A stretch of DNA of 64,000 nt from an uncultured Gammaproteobacteria bacterium. GTDB taxonomy: Bacteria; Patescibacteriota; Patescibacteriia; Magasanikbacterales; UBA922. The notes under the pieces were generated by a model. That model did no database searches. It was not told the origin of the DNA and saw only the letters and a program-made list of their open reading frames with translations. A program made the position numbers and the translations under genes. The stretch spans positions 446 to 64,445 of the forward strand of contig CAYQNA010000001.1 in the NCBI GenBank assembly GCA_964418775.1, written 5' to 3'. Numbering within the stretch: the stretch's first letter is position 1; every line of letters begins with the position of its first letter. This document shows, one piece after another, positions 9,709 to 18,567 of this stretch.

Positions 9709-10965
9709 CTATTCGCGGCGCAAAGCGTCTATTGGATTGAGTTTGCTGGCCGCAGAAGCTGGGTAGAGGCCGAATACTAAACCAATTATTGCCGAAAAAC
9801 CAACAGCCAAGAAAATTGACGAGTAAGTCACCTGGTAAATCCAGGCCAACCCGGCCGCTGTCGCACCTAAGTAAATCAAGAAGGCGAGCGCCGCCCCACC
9901 AATCACCCCAATAACGCCGCCACCAAGTGTGATCAAAACCGCCTCGGCCAAAAATTGATTTAAAATTGCCTCACGACTTGCGCCCAGGGCTTTGCGGAGA
10001 CCAATTTCAAACGTGCGCTCAACCACGGACACATACATAATGTTCATAATCCCAACACCACCAACTACTAGCGAAATACCCACCAACGCGATTAACAAAA
10101 AGGTAATCCCATCCGTAATTGTTATGAGTGAATCCTGGGCCTCGGCCGTGGTGTTGACCGCAAAATCATCAAGGTCAGTGTCGGTAATGTTGTGATTCTC
10201 GCGTATTAACTCGGTGAGTTCAGCCTTAGTTTTCACGGACAAACTACCATCTTTCATGCGCGCGGAAATTGCTTGCACATAATCAATACCGAGCAATTTT
10301 TTTTGCATGGTCTTGGTCGGCAGGGTAATGGTGTTGTCCATGTCAAAGAAAAACGCACTCCCGCGTTCAGCAATTACCCCTACCACTTTAAACGGCTTGC
10401 CACGCACATAAATGGTTTTGCCGGTGGCAGTGTCGTCGCCAAACAATTTTTCTTTGGCAGTCGAACCAAGAACAGCGACATTTAAGAGTGAGTTCTCTTC
10501 TTCTTCGGTAAAAAAGCGCCCCTCGGCCATGTCGAATGGACTTACTAATGGGCTGTCGGCACAATTGCCCATAAGCATTACTTTTTTGAGTTGACCCTGG
10601 TAACTAACCGCCTCTTGGCCATTAACCTGGCCAAATGCTGCCAAAATGTTCGGATGGTTTTGGACAGTTTCGATATCTTCGTCATTCATGGTGGTCACCG
10701 TAAAGCCAACCGGATTGTTACCCGCTCGTTTGCTGGGAATTCTGGTTTCAATATACATGGTGTCTGGCCCGAAGGCATCTAATTGCCCCAGCACAAGTGC
10801 TCGAATTCCTTTGCCCGCTGCCATAATCGTAATGGCTGCGCCAATTCCAATACTAATCGCTAACATGGTCAAAGCCACGCGTCTTTTTTGGCGTTTGAAC
10901 GAACTGACGGCCAAATCAATGGCCGTGGTAAGAGTGTGCCACTTATTCATATCGCAATGCTTCAA
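9709..10965 (-). CDS. ABC transporter permease, MacB/FtsX family
   Basis: N-terminal TM, a large periplasmic MacB-like domain and a C-terminal FtsX 3-TM bundle. Confidence 0.7.
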   Translation of the reverse strand: MKHCDMNKWHTLTTAIDLAVSSFKRQKRRVALTMLAISIGIGAAITIMAAGKGIRALVLGQLDAFGPDTMYIETRIPSKRAGNNPVGFTVTTMNDEDIETVQNHPNILAAFGQVNGQEAVSYQGQLKKVMLMGNCADSPLVSPFDMAEGRFFTEEEENSLLNVAVLGSTAKEKLFGDDTATGKTIYVRGKPFKVVGVIAERGSAFFFDMDNTITLPTKTMQKKLLGIDYVQAISARMKDGSLSVKTKAELTELIRENHNITDTDLDDFAVNTTAEAQDSLITITDGITFLLIALVGISLVVGGVGIMNIMYVSVVERTFEIGLRKALGASREAILNQFLAEAVLITLGGGVIGVIGGAALAFLIYLGATAAGLAWIYQVTYSSIFLAVGFSAIIGLVFGLYPASAASKLNPIDALRRE

Positions 10966-12208
10966 TCGGACTTAAACGACTGGCGCGCCGAGCTGGATTG
11001 AGTCCAAACAATAAACCAATCGAAATTGAGACTACACAGCCTAGGATTAACGAGAACGGGCTAATTTCCAGGGCCCAATCATAGCCCTGGCTAGTGGCAA
11101 TCCGTGCTACCAAAACAGCGATCAGGACGCCCAGAATAATCCCAATAATACCACCCAACAACGTAATCATTACTGTTTCAACCAAGAACTGCGTGGTAAT
11201 ATCTCGATTAGTGGCCCCCAAGGCTTTGCGCAAACCGATTTCTTTGGTGCGCTCTTCGACTGCGGCCAACATAATGTTCATAATTCCAATACCACCCACC
11301 ACTAACGAAATACTGGCAATGGCTGCTAGGAAAAATTTGAGGGCATCGGTAATTGTGGTTAACACTTCCAGCCCCTGACTGGCAGAGCGTACCGAAAAAT
11401 CATCATTCTCTGGATTATCAATGTTATGACGCTCGCGAAGAATGTCGGCAATATACGCAATACTGGAATCAATGTGTTCTGGGGCCGAAATTTTGAAGCG
11501 CATAAAACTGGCATAATCAATGCCAAGCAATAATTTTTGCGCTGTGGTAAACGGTACAAACACCTGCACGTCTTGGTTTTCAAAACCACTAACCCCGCGC
11601 TCTTCCATTACCCCGATCACTTCAAAGTTCGTGCGTTTAATTTTGACTGTTTTGCCAATCGGGTTGGTGTCAGGGAATAATTCTGCCGCAACCGTGTGTC
11701 CAAGCACGGCCACGCGGGCGAGGCCGCGGTCTTCGTCAGCCGTAAAAAAGCGCCCGTCTGCTACTGTGGCCGACTGTACTTCGGTGTAGCTGGCATTAAC
11801 CCCAACAAACGTGGCGTCCGAAGTGTTGTCGCCTGCAGTCATGGTGTCGGCCCCGCGTACATACGGCGTAAAAGCCACAATGTTGGGATTACCACCGCGC
11901 ATAATGGCCTCGCCATCTTCGTCGGTCAAAGTGGTAACTACGATCCCAAACACCGCCGCAGGTGGGCCATTATCATCGGATTTTCCGGGCAAGACGCCAA
12001 CCAAATTCGAACCCAGGCTAGTAACTTGGCCTAACACCAAACTTTGCGCACCAGCGCCCACGGCCATAATTACGATTACGGACATTACGCCAATGATAAT
12101 TCCGAACATGGTCAAGAACGAGCGCAAACGGTTGCGCGTCAGTAGTTGCCACGCCGATTTAACGTACGCAAGCAAGCGCATATTATTTTTTAAGTTCACC
12201 AGCCGCAC
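10943..12208 (-). CDS. ABC transporter permease, MacB/FtsX family (second paralogue)
   Basis: Same architecture as the downstream permease. Overlaps it by 23 nt. Confidence 0.7.
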   Translation of the reverse strand: MRLVNLKNNMRLLAYVKSAWQLLTRNRLRSFLTMFGIIIGVMSVIVIMAVGAGAQSLVLGQVTSLGSNLVGVLPGKSDDNGPPAAVFGIVVTTLTDEDGEAIMRGGNPNIVAFTPYVRGADTMTAGDNTSDATFVGVNASYTEVQSATVADGRFFTADEDRGLARVAVLGHTVAAELFPDTNPIGKTVKIKRTNFEVIGVMEERGVSGFENQDVQVFVPFTTAQKLLLGIDYASFMRFKISAPEHIDSSIAYIADILRERHNIDNPENDDFSVRSASQGLEVLTTITDALKFFLAAIASISLVVGGIGIMNIMLAAVEERTKEIGLRKALGATNRDITTQFLVETVMITLLGGIIGIILGVLIAVLVARIATSQGYDWALEISPFSLILGCVVSISIGLLFGLNPARRASRLSPIEALRYE

Positions 12209-12935
12209 TAGCGATGTTGCGATTGCGTACGGCTTCGTCCTTGATAATTACCCCGTCGCGAACCTGAATAATGCGCTTGGCATGTTCGGCAGTATGCATT
12301 TCGTGGGTGACCAGGATAATCGTGTGGCCAGCCTCGTTGAGGTCTTGTAGAATTTTCATTACCTGTGCACCGGACTTGGAGTCAAGGTTACCAGTCGGCT
12401 CGTCAGCAAAAATCACCTCGGGATTATTGATAAGGGCACGTGCAATCGCGACACGTTGTTTCTCACCACCAGACAATTGGTTCGGCGAGTGGTCCAAGCG
12501 GTGCCCAAGCCCAACTGACTCGAGAATTTTTGTGGCCTTGGCCAAGCGGTCACCGTGATCTGCTTTGCTGTATACCAATGGTAGAGCCACATTTTCGCGC
12601 GCCGTCGTGCGAGATAACAAGTTAAAAGCCTGGAACACAAATCCAACTTTGTTACCGCGCATTTCGGCTAACTCGTCATCACTTAATTGACTTACATCAC
12701 GACCCTCGAATTCATAACGACCGGTAGATAGCGTGTCGAGGAAGCCCAAAATATGCATTAAGGTTGATTTACCCGAACCACTTGGCCCCATAATCGACAC
12801 AAATTCACCCTTTTCAATGGCAAAACTCACACCCCGGAGCACTGGGGTAACCACCTCATCGGTCTGATAGTTTTTAACTAAGTCAGTGACTTTAATGAGT
12901 GGTTTAGCCATATTATTTGGCAGGTTCTTTAACAC
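12183..12935 (-). CDS. ABC transporter ATP-binding protein (MacB/LolD-type)
   Basis: Walker [10 protein letters not shown], signature [15 protein letters not shown], Walker [11 protein letters not shown]. Confidence 0.85.
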   Translation of the reverse strand: MLKNLPNNMAKPLIKVTDLVKNYQTDEVVTPVLRGVSFAIEKGEFVSIMGPSGSGKSTLMHILGFLDTLSTGRYEFEGRDVSQLSDDELAEMRGNKVGFVFQAFNLLSRTTARENVALPLVYSKADHGDRLAKATKILESVGLGHRLDHSPNQLSGGEKQRVAIARALINNPEVIFADEPTGNLDSKSGAQVMKILQDLNEAGHTIILVTHEMHTAEHAKRIIQVRDGVIIKDEAVRNRNIASAAGELKK

Positions 12936-14706
12936 TAATTACTACAACGTCACCTTCGTTTAAGCCAGTGGTAATTTCGGTTTGGCTATTATCACCACGC
13001 AGACCGGTTTTAACATCAACTTCTTTGACTTCACCGTCTTTAAGTACGCGCACAAATTTTCCACTCTCGTCTTCGCGCGTGCGGACTGTGCGTTGTGGTA
13101 CATACAAGACGCCAGTGCGAGTGTCTGCCTTGATGCGGACATTGGCCGTCATACCAGACTGGAAGGTTTCGGCCACACCTGGGGCCACGTCGATACTGAC
13201 TTGGTAATAAACAACATCTTGAATATCAGTTGACTTGCGATCCAGCGAGCTAACTTGACCAGTAAATACACGGTCTTCGCCAAAAGCATCAAGGGTAAAT
13301 TCAGCTGTGGCGTTGAGACCACTGGTTGTACGATTTGCACCATTTGTTAATTTAACAATGTCTGTTTCTGGTACGTCAACCATGATTTTGTAACTTGGCG
13401 AAATCATTTGCACGATTACGTCGCTTGGAGTTACGAGTTCACCTGGTTTTTTACTGATTTTGGCTACGGTACCAGTGCCTGGAGCGCGCAAGATTGCGCG
13501 GTCGCGGCTTGCTACGGCTTGGGCTAAAGCCGCGCGATACGAAGCAACGTCAACAGCGCGTGGGGCTTCCACTTTGCCCGACAAAGTCGCCTGGGCCTGC
13601 AAGTATGTAGCCTCTTTAATTTTTACATTTGACTCAGCGGTTACGCGCGCATCAATTAAATCTTGCTCAGCTTTGGCGAACGCAATTTGGTATGTGGAAT
13701 AACTGTTCTTTGCATCACCTAAAGCTTGGCGCTGGTTAATGCTCGTGGTGTATTGTGCGGCAATTGCCGCACGTGCAGAGGTGATAGTGCCTTTTTGAAC
13801 ATCGAGCGTAGCCTGACTGAAATTAGCGTTTGGATTGGTGTTATTAAGGACAGTGCTGACGTTCGTTAATAAAATATTGACTTGGGTAAGGGCGGTTTCG
13901 GCTGTGACCAAGGCGCGTTCAATATCGGCTTGGGCGCTGCCAGTTGTAATGGTTCGGCCTACGGAGTTTGCAGCTGTTACAGCCTGTCTGGCCAAATAAT
14001 ACGAGGCTTGAGCAGCTGGTACAAGTGAAGAATTGCCCCCGCCAAGGTATGACTCGAATGAGTCGTTGGCAGAACGGTTATCCATACCCAAGATATTGTC
14101 GGCTTGGGTTAAGCCATCGTCGAGTTTGGAAAGTGAGTTCACAACTACGGCCGCAGCATCTTCGTACGCTTGGTTTACAATCTGGCTGTTTGCACCGCCT
14201 TCGGCCAGCTTAAGGTTGTTGCGTGCCGTTTCGAGCGCAGATTCGGCGGTTTTAACTGTGGTCACAGCATCAACCTTGCTTTGGTCATATGCGGCTTTGG
14301 CAGAAGTAACGGCAGCTTCGTAATAGTTGCGGTCTTGGTTGGTGGCCCCGGCAAGTTTTAGTTGCAAGTTCGCACTGGCTTGGGCAACGGCGGCATTTAA
14401 TTCGGCCGAACGGAGCGATGCCAAAATTGTTCCAGTCGTAACTGCCTGGCCTTCGCGCACATTAATTGCCTGCAAGGTGCCGGACAATTCAAAGCGTAGA
14501 GCGACATCATTGGATGACTCCAATTTACCAGTAGCTTCTACGGTTTGAGTTAAATCACCACGTACGACCTTGGCTGTTTCGTACTCTGGTGGCGTGTGGG
14601 CTTTTTTGTAATTGCCATACGCACCATTGGCAACCAAAAGTGCTACTATAATGAGCGGGATGTACACTTTTTTCTTTTTTAAAACTGTGGGAATTTGGAA
14701 TTGCAT
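12913..14706 (-). CDS. HlyD/MacA-family periplasmic adaptor (membrane fusion protein) with a very long coiled-coil hairpin
   Basis: N-terminal TM, extended alanine-rich coiled-coil, C-terminal β-barrel/MP-proximal segments. Overlaps the ATPase gene. Confidence 0.65.
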   Translation of the reverse strand: MQFQIPTVLKKKKVYIPLIIVALLVANGAYGNYKKAHTPPEYETAKVVRGDLTQTVEATGKLESSNDVALRFELSGTLQAINVREGQAVTTGTILASLRSAELNAAVAQASANLQLKLAGATNQDRNYYEAAVTSAKAAYDQSKVDAVTTVKTAESALETARNNLKLAEGGANSQIVNQAYEDAAAVVVNSLSKLDDGLTQADNILGMDNRSANDSFESYLGGGNSSLVPAAQASYYLARQAVTAANSVGRTITTGSAQADIERALVTAETALTQVNILLTNVSTVLNNTNPNANFSQATLDVQKGTITSARAAIAAQYTTSINQRQALGDAKNSYSTYQIAFAKAEQDLIDARVTAESNVKIKEATYLQAQATLSGKVEAPRAVDVASYRAALAQAVASRDRAILRAPGTGTVAKISKKPGELVTPSDVIVQMISPSYKIMVDVPETDIVKLTNGANRTTSGLNATAEFTLDAFGEDRVFTGQVSSLDRKSTDIQDVVYYQVSIDVAPGVAETFQSGMTANVRIKADTRTGVLYVPQRTVRTREDESGKFVRVLKDGEVKEVDVKTGLRGDNSQTEITTGLNEGDVVVISVKEPAK

Positions 14707-14707
14707 A

Positions 14708-14926
14708 TTATTGGTTAATAGATGCGGTTAGATTTTTAATAAAGGTCTCCATTAGTTTTTTTGGCACGAGCACAATCGCTTCGCCGTTCACGACAACCAT
14801 AAAGGTGTCCCCCTTGTCGAGCTTGAGTTTGGCGCGGACTTCTTTGGGGATCACTATTTGGCCGCGTTCGCCAAGCACGGTTGTGCCGAACAGTTCACCA
14901 TGTTTACGGGGCTTTGTTTTAGGCAT
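14708..14926 (-). CDS. AbrB/MazE/SpoVT-family DNA-binding protein
   Basis: Swapped-hairpin motif …GQIVIPKEVRAKLKLDKGDTFMV…. Sits 1 nt upstream of the adaptor gene and is probably the operon regulator. Confidence 0.55.
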   Translation of the reverse strand: MPKTKPRKHGELFGTTVLGERGQIVIPKEVRAKLKLDKGDTFMVVVNGEAIVLVPKKLMETFIKNLTASINQ

Positions 14927-14989
14927 AAGTCAGAGAAGTATGATTTATCATATTTAACATACCATACGCGCGCGGCCCTGTCAACCGGC

Positions 14990-15022
14990 CAAAATAACAA
15001 AAGCACCCGGTAAGGGTGCCTT
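14990..15022 (-). terminator. Rho-independent terminator downstream of tRNA-Gly
   Basis: Minus-strand GGCACCC-ttacc-GGGTGC followed by TTTTGTTATTTT. Confidence 0.5.
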
Positions 15023-15085
15023 TGTCTGCCATACAGTATAGGTTGTTTAAACCTATCTGATTGAAGAGGCCGGTATTGCCTCTTG

Positions 15086-15159
15086 AGCGGTAGACCAGAT
15101 TCGAACTGGCGACCTTCTCCTTGGCAAGGAGACGTTCTAGCCAACTGAACTACTACCGC
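15086..15159 (-). tRNA. tRNA-Gly (anticodon GCC)
   Basis: Reverse complement folds as GCGGTAG…; anticodon loop TTGCCAA, T-loop GGTTCGAATC. Confidence 0.8.
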
Positions 15160-15257
15160 GCGGGCTAGTATGGTAAGCCTGCGCGTTCCGCGACAAGACT
15201 TAGTATAGCATAGGTGCGAATTGACCGCAAAGGATTATCCACGGTCTATCCACACTT

Positions 15258-15331
15258 GTTGCGGGGGCCGGATTTGAACCGGCGACCTTTGGGTTATGGG
15301 CCCAACGAGCTGCCTGGCTGCTCTACCCCGC
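15258..15331 (-). tRNA. tRNA-Met (anticodon CAT), initiator-like
   Basis: Anticodon loop CCCATAA with three consecutive G:C pairs in the anticodon stem and an unpaired 1:72 position (A·A), both hallmarks of initiator tRNA. Confidence 0.7.
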
Positions 15332-15551
15332 TGTCGACCCCGATGGGGCAATGGGAGGAGTATATAGTATCTGCGGTTTTTTTTCAAGGGGGCAAGCTCC
15401 CAACGGAGTGATTTATGGTTTTTTATCTAAATTAAGGCAAAAAACAGTGTAAATACAATGACCGCCACTGCCCAGGAAACAGCAGGTGTTTACTAAGCAG
15501 TCGGACGGTCATTGGCGGCCATGATCGTTCGACGCCCCGCAGGAGTGCGGG

Positions 15552-15638
15552 TCAGAACGTGAGCGCGGCGGCGATAACACCGAGCGCTACGAACGCGCCC
15601 CAGATCCCTGGGACGACTTCCTTGTCGAAAAGCAGCAT
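15552..15638 (-). CDS. Candidate 28-aa hydrophobic micro-protein (MLLFDKEVVPGIWGAFVALGVIAAALTF)
   Basis: ATG preceded by GGAGGAG at −4, partly sequestered in a CTGGTCGC…GCGACCAG hairpin. The peptide is a single predicted TM helix. It lies in a ~120-bp high-GC, GC3-biased patch unlike the flanks. Below the ORF-track size cut-off. Confidence 0.2.
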   Translation of the reverse strand: MLLFDKEVVPGIWGAFVALGVIAAALTF

Positions 15639-15772
15639 GGGCTCCTCCTGGTCGCATCATCGCGACCAGAGGTACTCTAATGTAAAAAGAAATCGAACAC
15701 AAGTCTTACCCAAAATTTTGGAAATCGACCGCAGTTTATGTTATCTTAATAAAGTCCTTAATAATTGTTTTT

Positions 15773-16762
15773 ATGAGTCGAGAAGAATTATTGGCCCTAC
15801 GCCACGAAGCCGTGAGTTTAAAACCCCGTGTAGAAGAGTTAAAAAGTCGCGAAATTGAAGGAAAATGGGATAAGCGCGACTTCATGGCTTTGACCGCCAT
15901 GTTTATCGAAGATGCCTGGACCCCGATGCACGCCTGGGCGACCTCGCATGATATGGCATTACCCTACAGTACTACCGCCCATCCTGGAGAATTTTTACCT
16001 GCACCAGCTGACTGGCTCAACAAAGAAAAATACCCAGAAGATATTTTGAAGCAAATTGATTCAGCTCTGCGGAATTTTTGGAATGCGAATCTGAAACAAT
16101 GGGAAAGACAAAAAGAGCAGGACCTGAGTTTAGACGGTGAGTCAGGTGATTTTTCGGATACCCTTATGCGGGACCATTATCAGTGGTTGAAACGCATGAT
16201 TACAGAAGATAGAGAAAGAAGAAATCATCCGATAAAAGACGGGGGTCCGGCTGCACATTTGGCCAGTGGTTTTGGTACGGCTACAAACGTAAATATTAAT
16301 TTTCTGCAAGTTATTCCACACGTGTTCCGTCAGGAACGCCGTAAGTTTATTGGCGGTCAAGAAGCGCTTGCGATTTTTCAGGGTAGTCGTCGATTAATTT
16401 TAACTATGGCTGCCATGGGGATTAACGGTCTCGTTAATCTTGATTTCCTGCTGGGAAAACCCACTACCGAACACAGTGGTTTGGATCGCAACAATTATGA
16501 TCCAAGCAAATTTATTCTTGTTGAGTCTGGTGAAGACGACAATAAGAAAGTTTCTCTTGGTATTAAACCGGAAATAATGAGAGACTTGCGCGAAACAACG
16601 CGTGAAAGGGAAATGACTACTGGATGCCCGGCGCTCGTGGCCAATGGGCCAGACAAGCAAAATGTTGTTATTGCCCACAATGAGTGGATTACTGAGATTG
16701 CTAAAATGCACTACTTTCCATTTTTGGAAAGCATGAAGCGCAAGGCCGCTCTTTTTAAATAG
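15773..16762 (+). CDS. Hypothetical protein with no recognisable domain
   Basis: 329-aa ORF with host-like composition, divergent from the tRNA-Met region. Confidence 0.4.
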   Translation: MSREELLALRHEAVSLKPRVEELKSREIEGKWDKRDFMALTAMFIEDAWTPMHAWATSHDMALPYSTTAHPGEFLPAPADWLNKEKYPEDILKQIDSALRNFWNANLKQWERQKEQDLSLDGESGDFSDTLMRDHYQWLKRMITEDRERRNHPIKDGGPAAHLASGFGTATNVNINFLQVIPHVFRQERRKFIGGQEALAIFQGSRRLILTMAAMGINGLVNLDFLLGKPTTEHSGLDRNNYDPSKFILVESGEDDNKKVSLGIKPEIMRDLRETTREREMTTGCPALVANGPDKQNVVIAHNEWITEIAKMHYFPFLESMKRKAALFK

Positions 16763-16767
16763 TAGTT

Positions 16768-17430
16768 TTATTTTTTTAAACGTGGTTTAGTAGGTGATTT
16801 TGCGTCTGGTTGGTACAGGAGGATAAGGCTGAGAATGGCCGCAAAGAAACACCATACGGAGGTAAATGTGGCCGAGTGAAAGAACCAAGCGACCATGGCG
16901 CCGACACCAGCGGCAATACTAAAGAATTGAAAAACCGCATGGCGTGAGAAAATACCCGTAATTACCGTGACGCCAATGTACACAAGCATGATAATTGGGA
17001 ACGCGTCGAAGGCAATCGAGTATGGGTAGTACGCGTAGCAAATTGAACTGCCCTGCACAAACGCAGGCAATGGGCGGAGTAAAAACAGACCGTACAAAAT
17101 CAAACCAAGAGTGCCACCGAGGAACCAGACGTAGCGCAATAATTTTTTGGTGCGCGGATTGGTTTCGAGTGACATGGCAACATAAGGAATGTACGCGGGC
17201 CACCAAAAGAATGCGAAAAACAAAAAGATCGACGTGAAGAGCAATGTAAACGCGCTATTTTGGCCAATCGACAACCATAAAAAACCCTCGGCCGCTTGCT
17301 GCACGGCAAATACAATTGGAATCAAAGACAAGGACCATTCACGAGTGTTTTTCTTTTTGCTATACACCACCGCACCCAAAGAACCAAGCGCCGCACTCGC
17401 GACAAAACTCGCCGAAGCAGAGAAGCACAT
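16768..17430 (-). CDS. Hypothetical polytopic membrane protein
   Basis: About six predicted TM helices. Convergent with the upstream hypothetical gene. Confidence 0.4.
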   Translation of the reverse strand: MCFSASASFVASAALGSLGAVVYSKKKNTREWSLSLIPIVFAVQQAAEGFLWLSIGQNSAFTLLFTSIFLFFAFFWWPAYIPYVAMSLETNPRTKKLLRYVWFLGGTLGLILYGLFLLRPLPAFVQGSSICYAYYPYSIAFDAFPIIMLVYIGVTVITGIFSRHAVFQFFSIAAGVGAMVAWFFHSATFTSVWCFFAAILSLILLYQPDAKSPTKPRLKK

Positions 17431-17552
17431 AAAAATAAATTGAGAATGTGCTTATTATACAATATCTTTGTGCGTGAAGCAATTGAGACAGATTGCATCT
17501 TTAAAAACTCAATGCTATGCTGAGCCTAACTTTTTATTTTTAAATTTCGAGT

Positions 17553-17975
17553 ATGGAAATAGTAATTAATTATTGGGCTGTGTTGGCCTGTGGTGTGGCA
17601 TCGATGGTGATTGGCGGGATTTGGTATGGACCGCTGTTTGGCAAGTTGTGGATGCGAATTTTGAAGGTCGGCATGACGGACGAAGAGTGCAAAAAGGAAA
17701 TGCAAAAATCCGCTGGGCCACTGTACGCTGTGCAATTTGTGCTGACATTGTTCCAGGCTTACGTGCTCGCACATTACATTGCCGGTTGGCAGGATGCCTC
17801 GGGTATGGAGAATGCATTGTGGATTTGGGCTGCATTCCTAATGCCAACAGTGGCGGGCGCGTCGATGTGGACAAATGATACGACAAAAATTAAGTGGCAG
17901 CGCTTTTTGGTACAAGCCGGGTATCAGCTCGTAAACATGATTGTGTTTGGGTTGATTTTGGGGATGTGGCGCTAG
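17553..17975 (+). CDS. DUF1761-family membrane protein
   Basis: About 140 aa with the GGIWYGPLFGKLW motif and 3-4 TM segments, characteristic of DUF1761. Confidence 0.45.
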   Translation: MEIVINYWAVLACGVASMVIGGIWYGPLFGKLWMRILKVGMTDEECKKEMQKSAGPLYAVQFVLTLFQAYVLAHYIAGWQDASGMENALWIWAAFLMPTVAGASMWTNDTTKIKWQRFLVQAGYQLVNMIVFGLILGMWR

Positions 17976-18029
17976 TCTAAAATTTTTTAAAAACAAAAAA
18001 GCACCACAATCGTGATGCACTTTTGCTCT

Positions 18030-18360
18030 GGAGTGATGGGTACACTCCGGAACTTCCTCGCGTTCTCCTTGTTGACGCGAGAAATGTATGAAGGAACGAA
18101 AACTTCACTCCCAACCCATCAACCAGACCATACGATGCTGGTTGTGGGAGTGAAAACTACGTTAGTACTGGCCCTCGGGGTCACGCCACTCCCGTGGATC
18201 TTCTTTTGCCCGCCGGAGTTGAGCTTCGAGCAGCTCCTCTGTCGTCTGGGGGGTGTGCGTTCTCGGCGGCTCGCGCTTTGGCTTGGGAAAGCGCAGCTTT
18301 GGCGCTGGCGCCTTTTTCTCTTCGAGTTTTGGTGTATCCACGTTTGTCTCCGTTGATTGG
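18030..18360 (+). other. Structured GC-rich intergenic region (candidate ncRNA / 5' leader of the helicase gene)
   Basis: Hairpins GGAGUG…CACUCC, CUCGCG…CGCGAG, and a 12-bp imperfect stem UUCACUCCCAACC…GGUUGUGGGAGUGAA. Overlapping ORFs on both strands have no SD or ATG. Confidence 0.2.
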
Positions 18361-18567
18361 CGATCTTCCTGTGTGATCGCGCAATAATGGTGGTATTGGT
18401 TTATACCATAATTTTTTTTCGCTCAGCTGTCAATCCTTTTGACATGGGCCCTAAAAAGAGATATTATGGGTAGGTACTATGAGATATAAAAAACAATTGA
18501 TAGTACGTTCAATCTATACTAGCCCAAAAACTGCCCAAAAGGCAGTTTTTTAATTATAATTGGTTTT

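Noticed and set aside
18181-18384. 67-aa K/R-rich minus-strand ORF in the 18-kb intergenic region
   Set aside because: TTG start without SD and no recognisable family. Could be real but unsupported, so it is folded into the 'structured intergenic region' finding.
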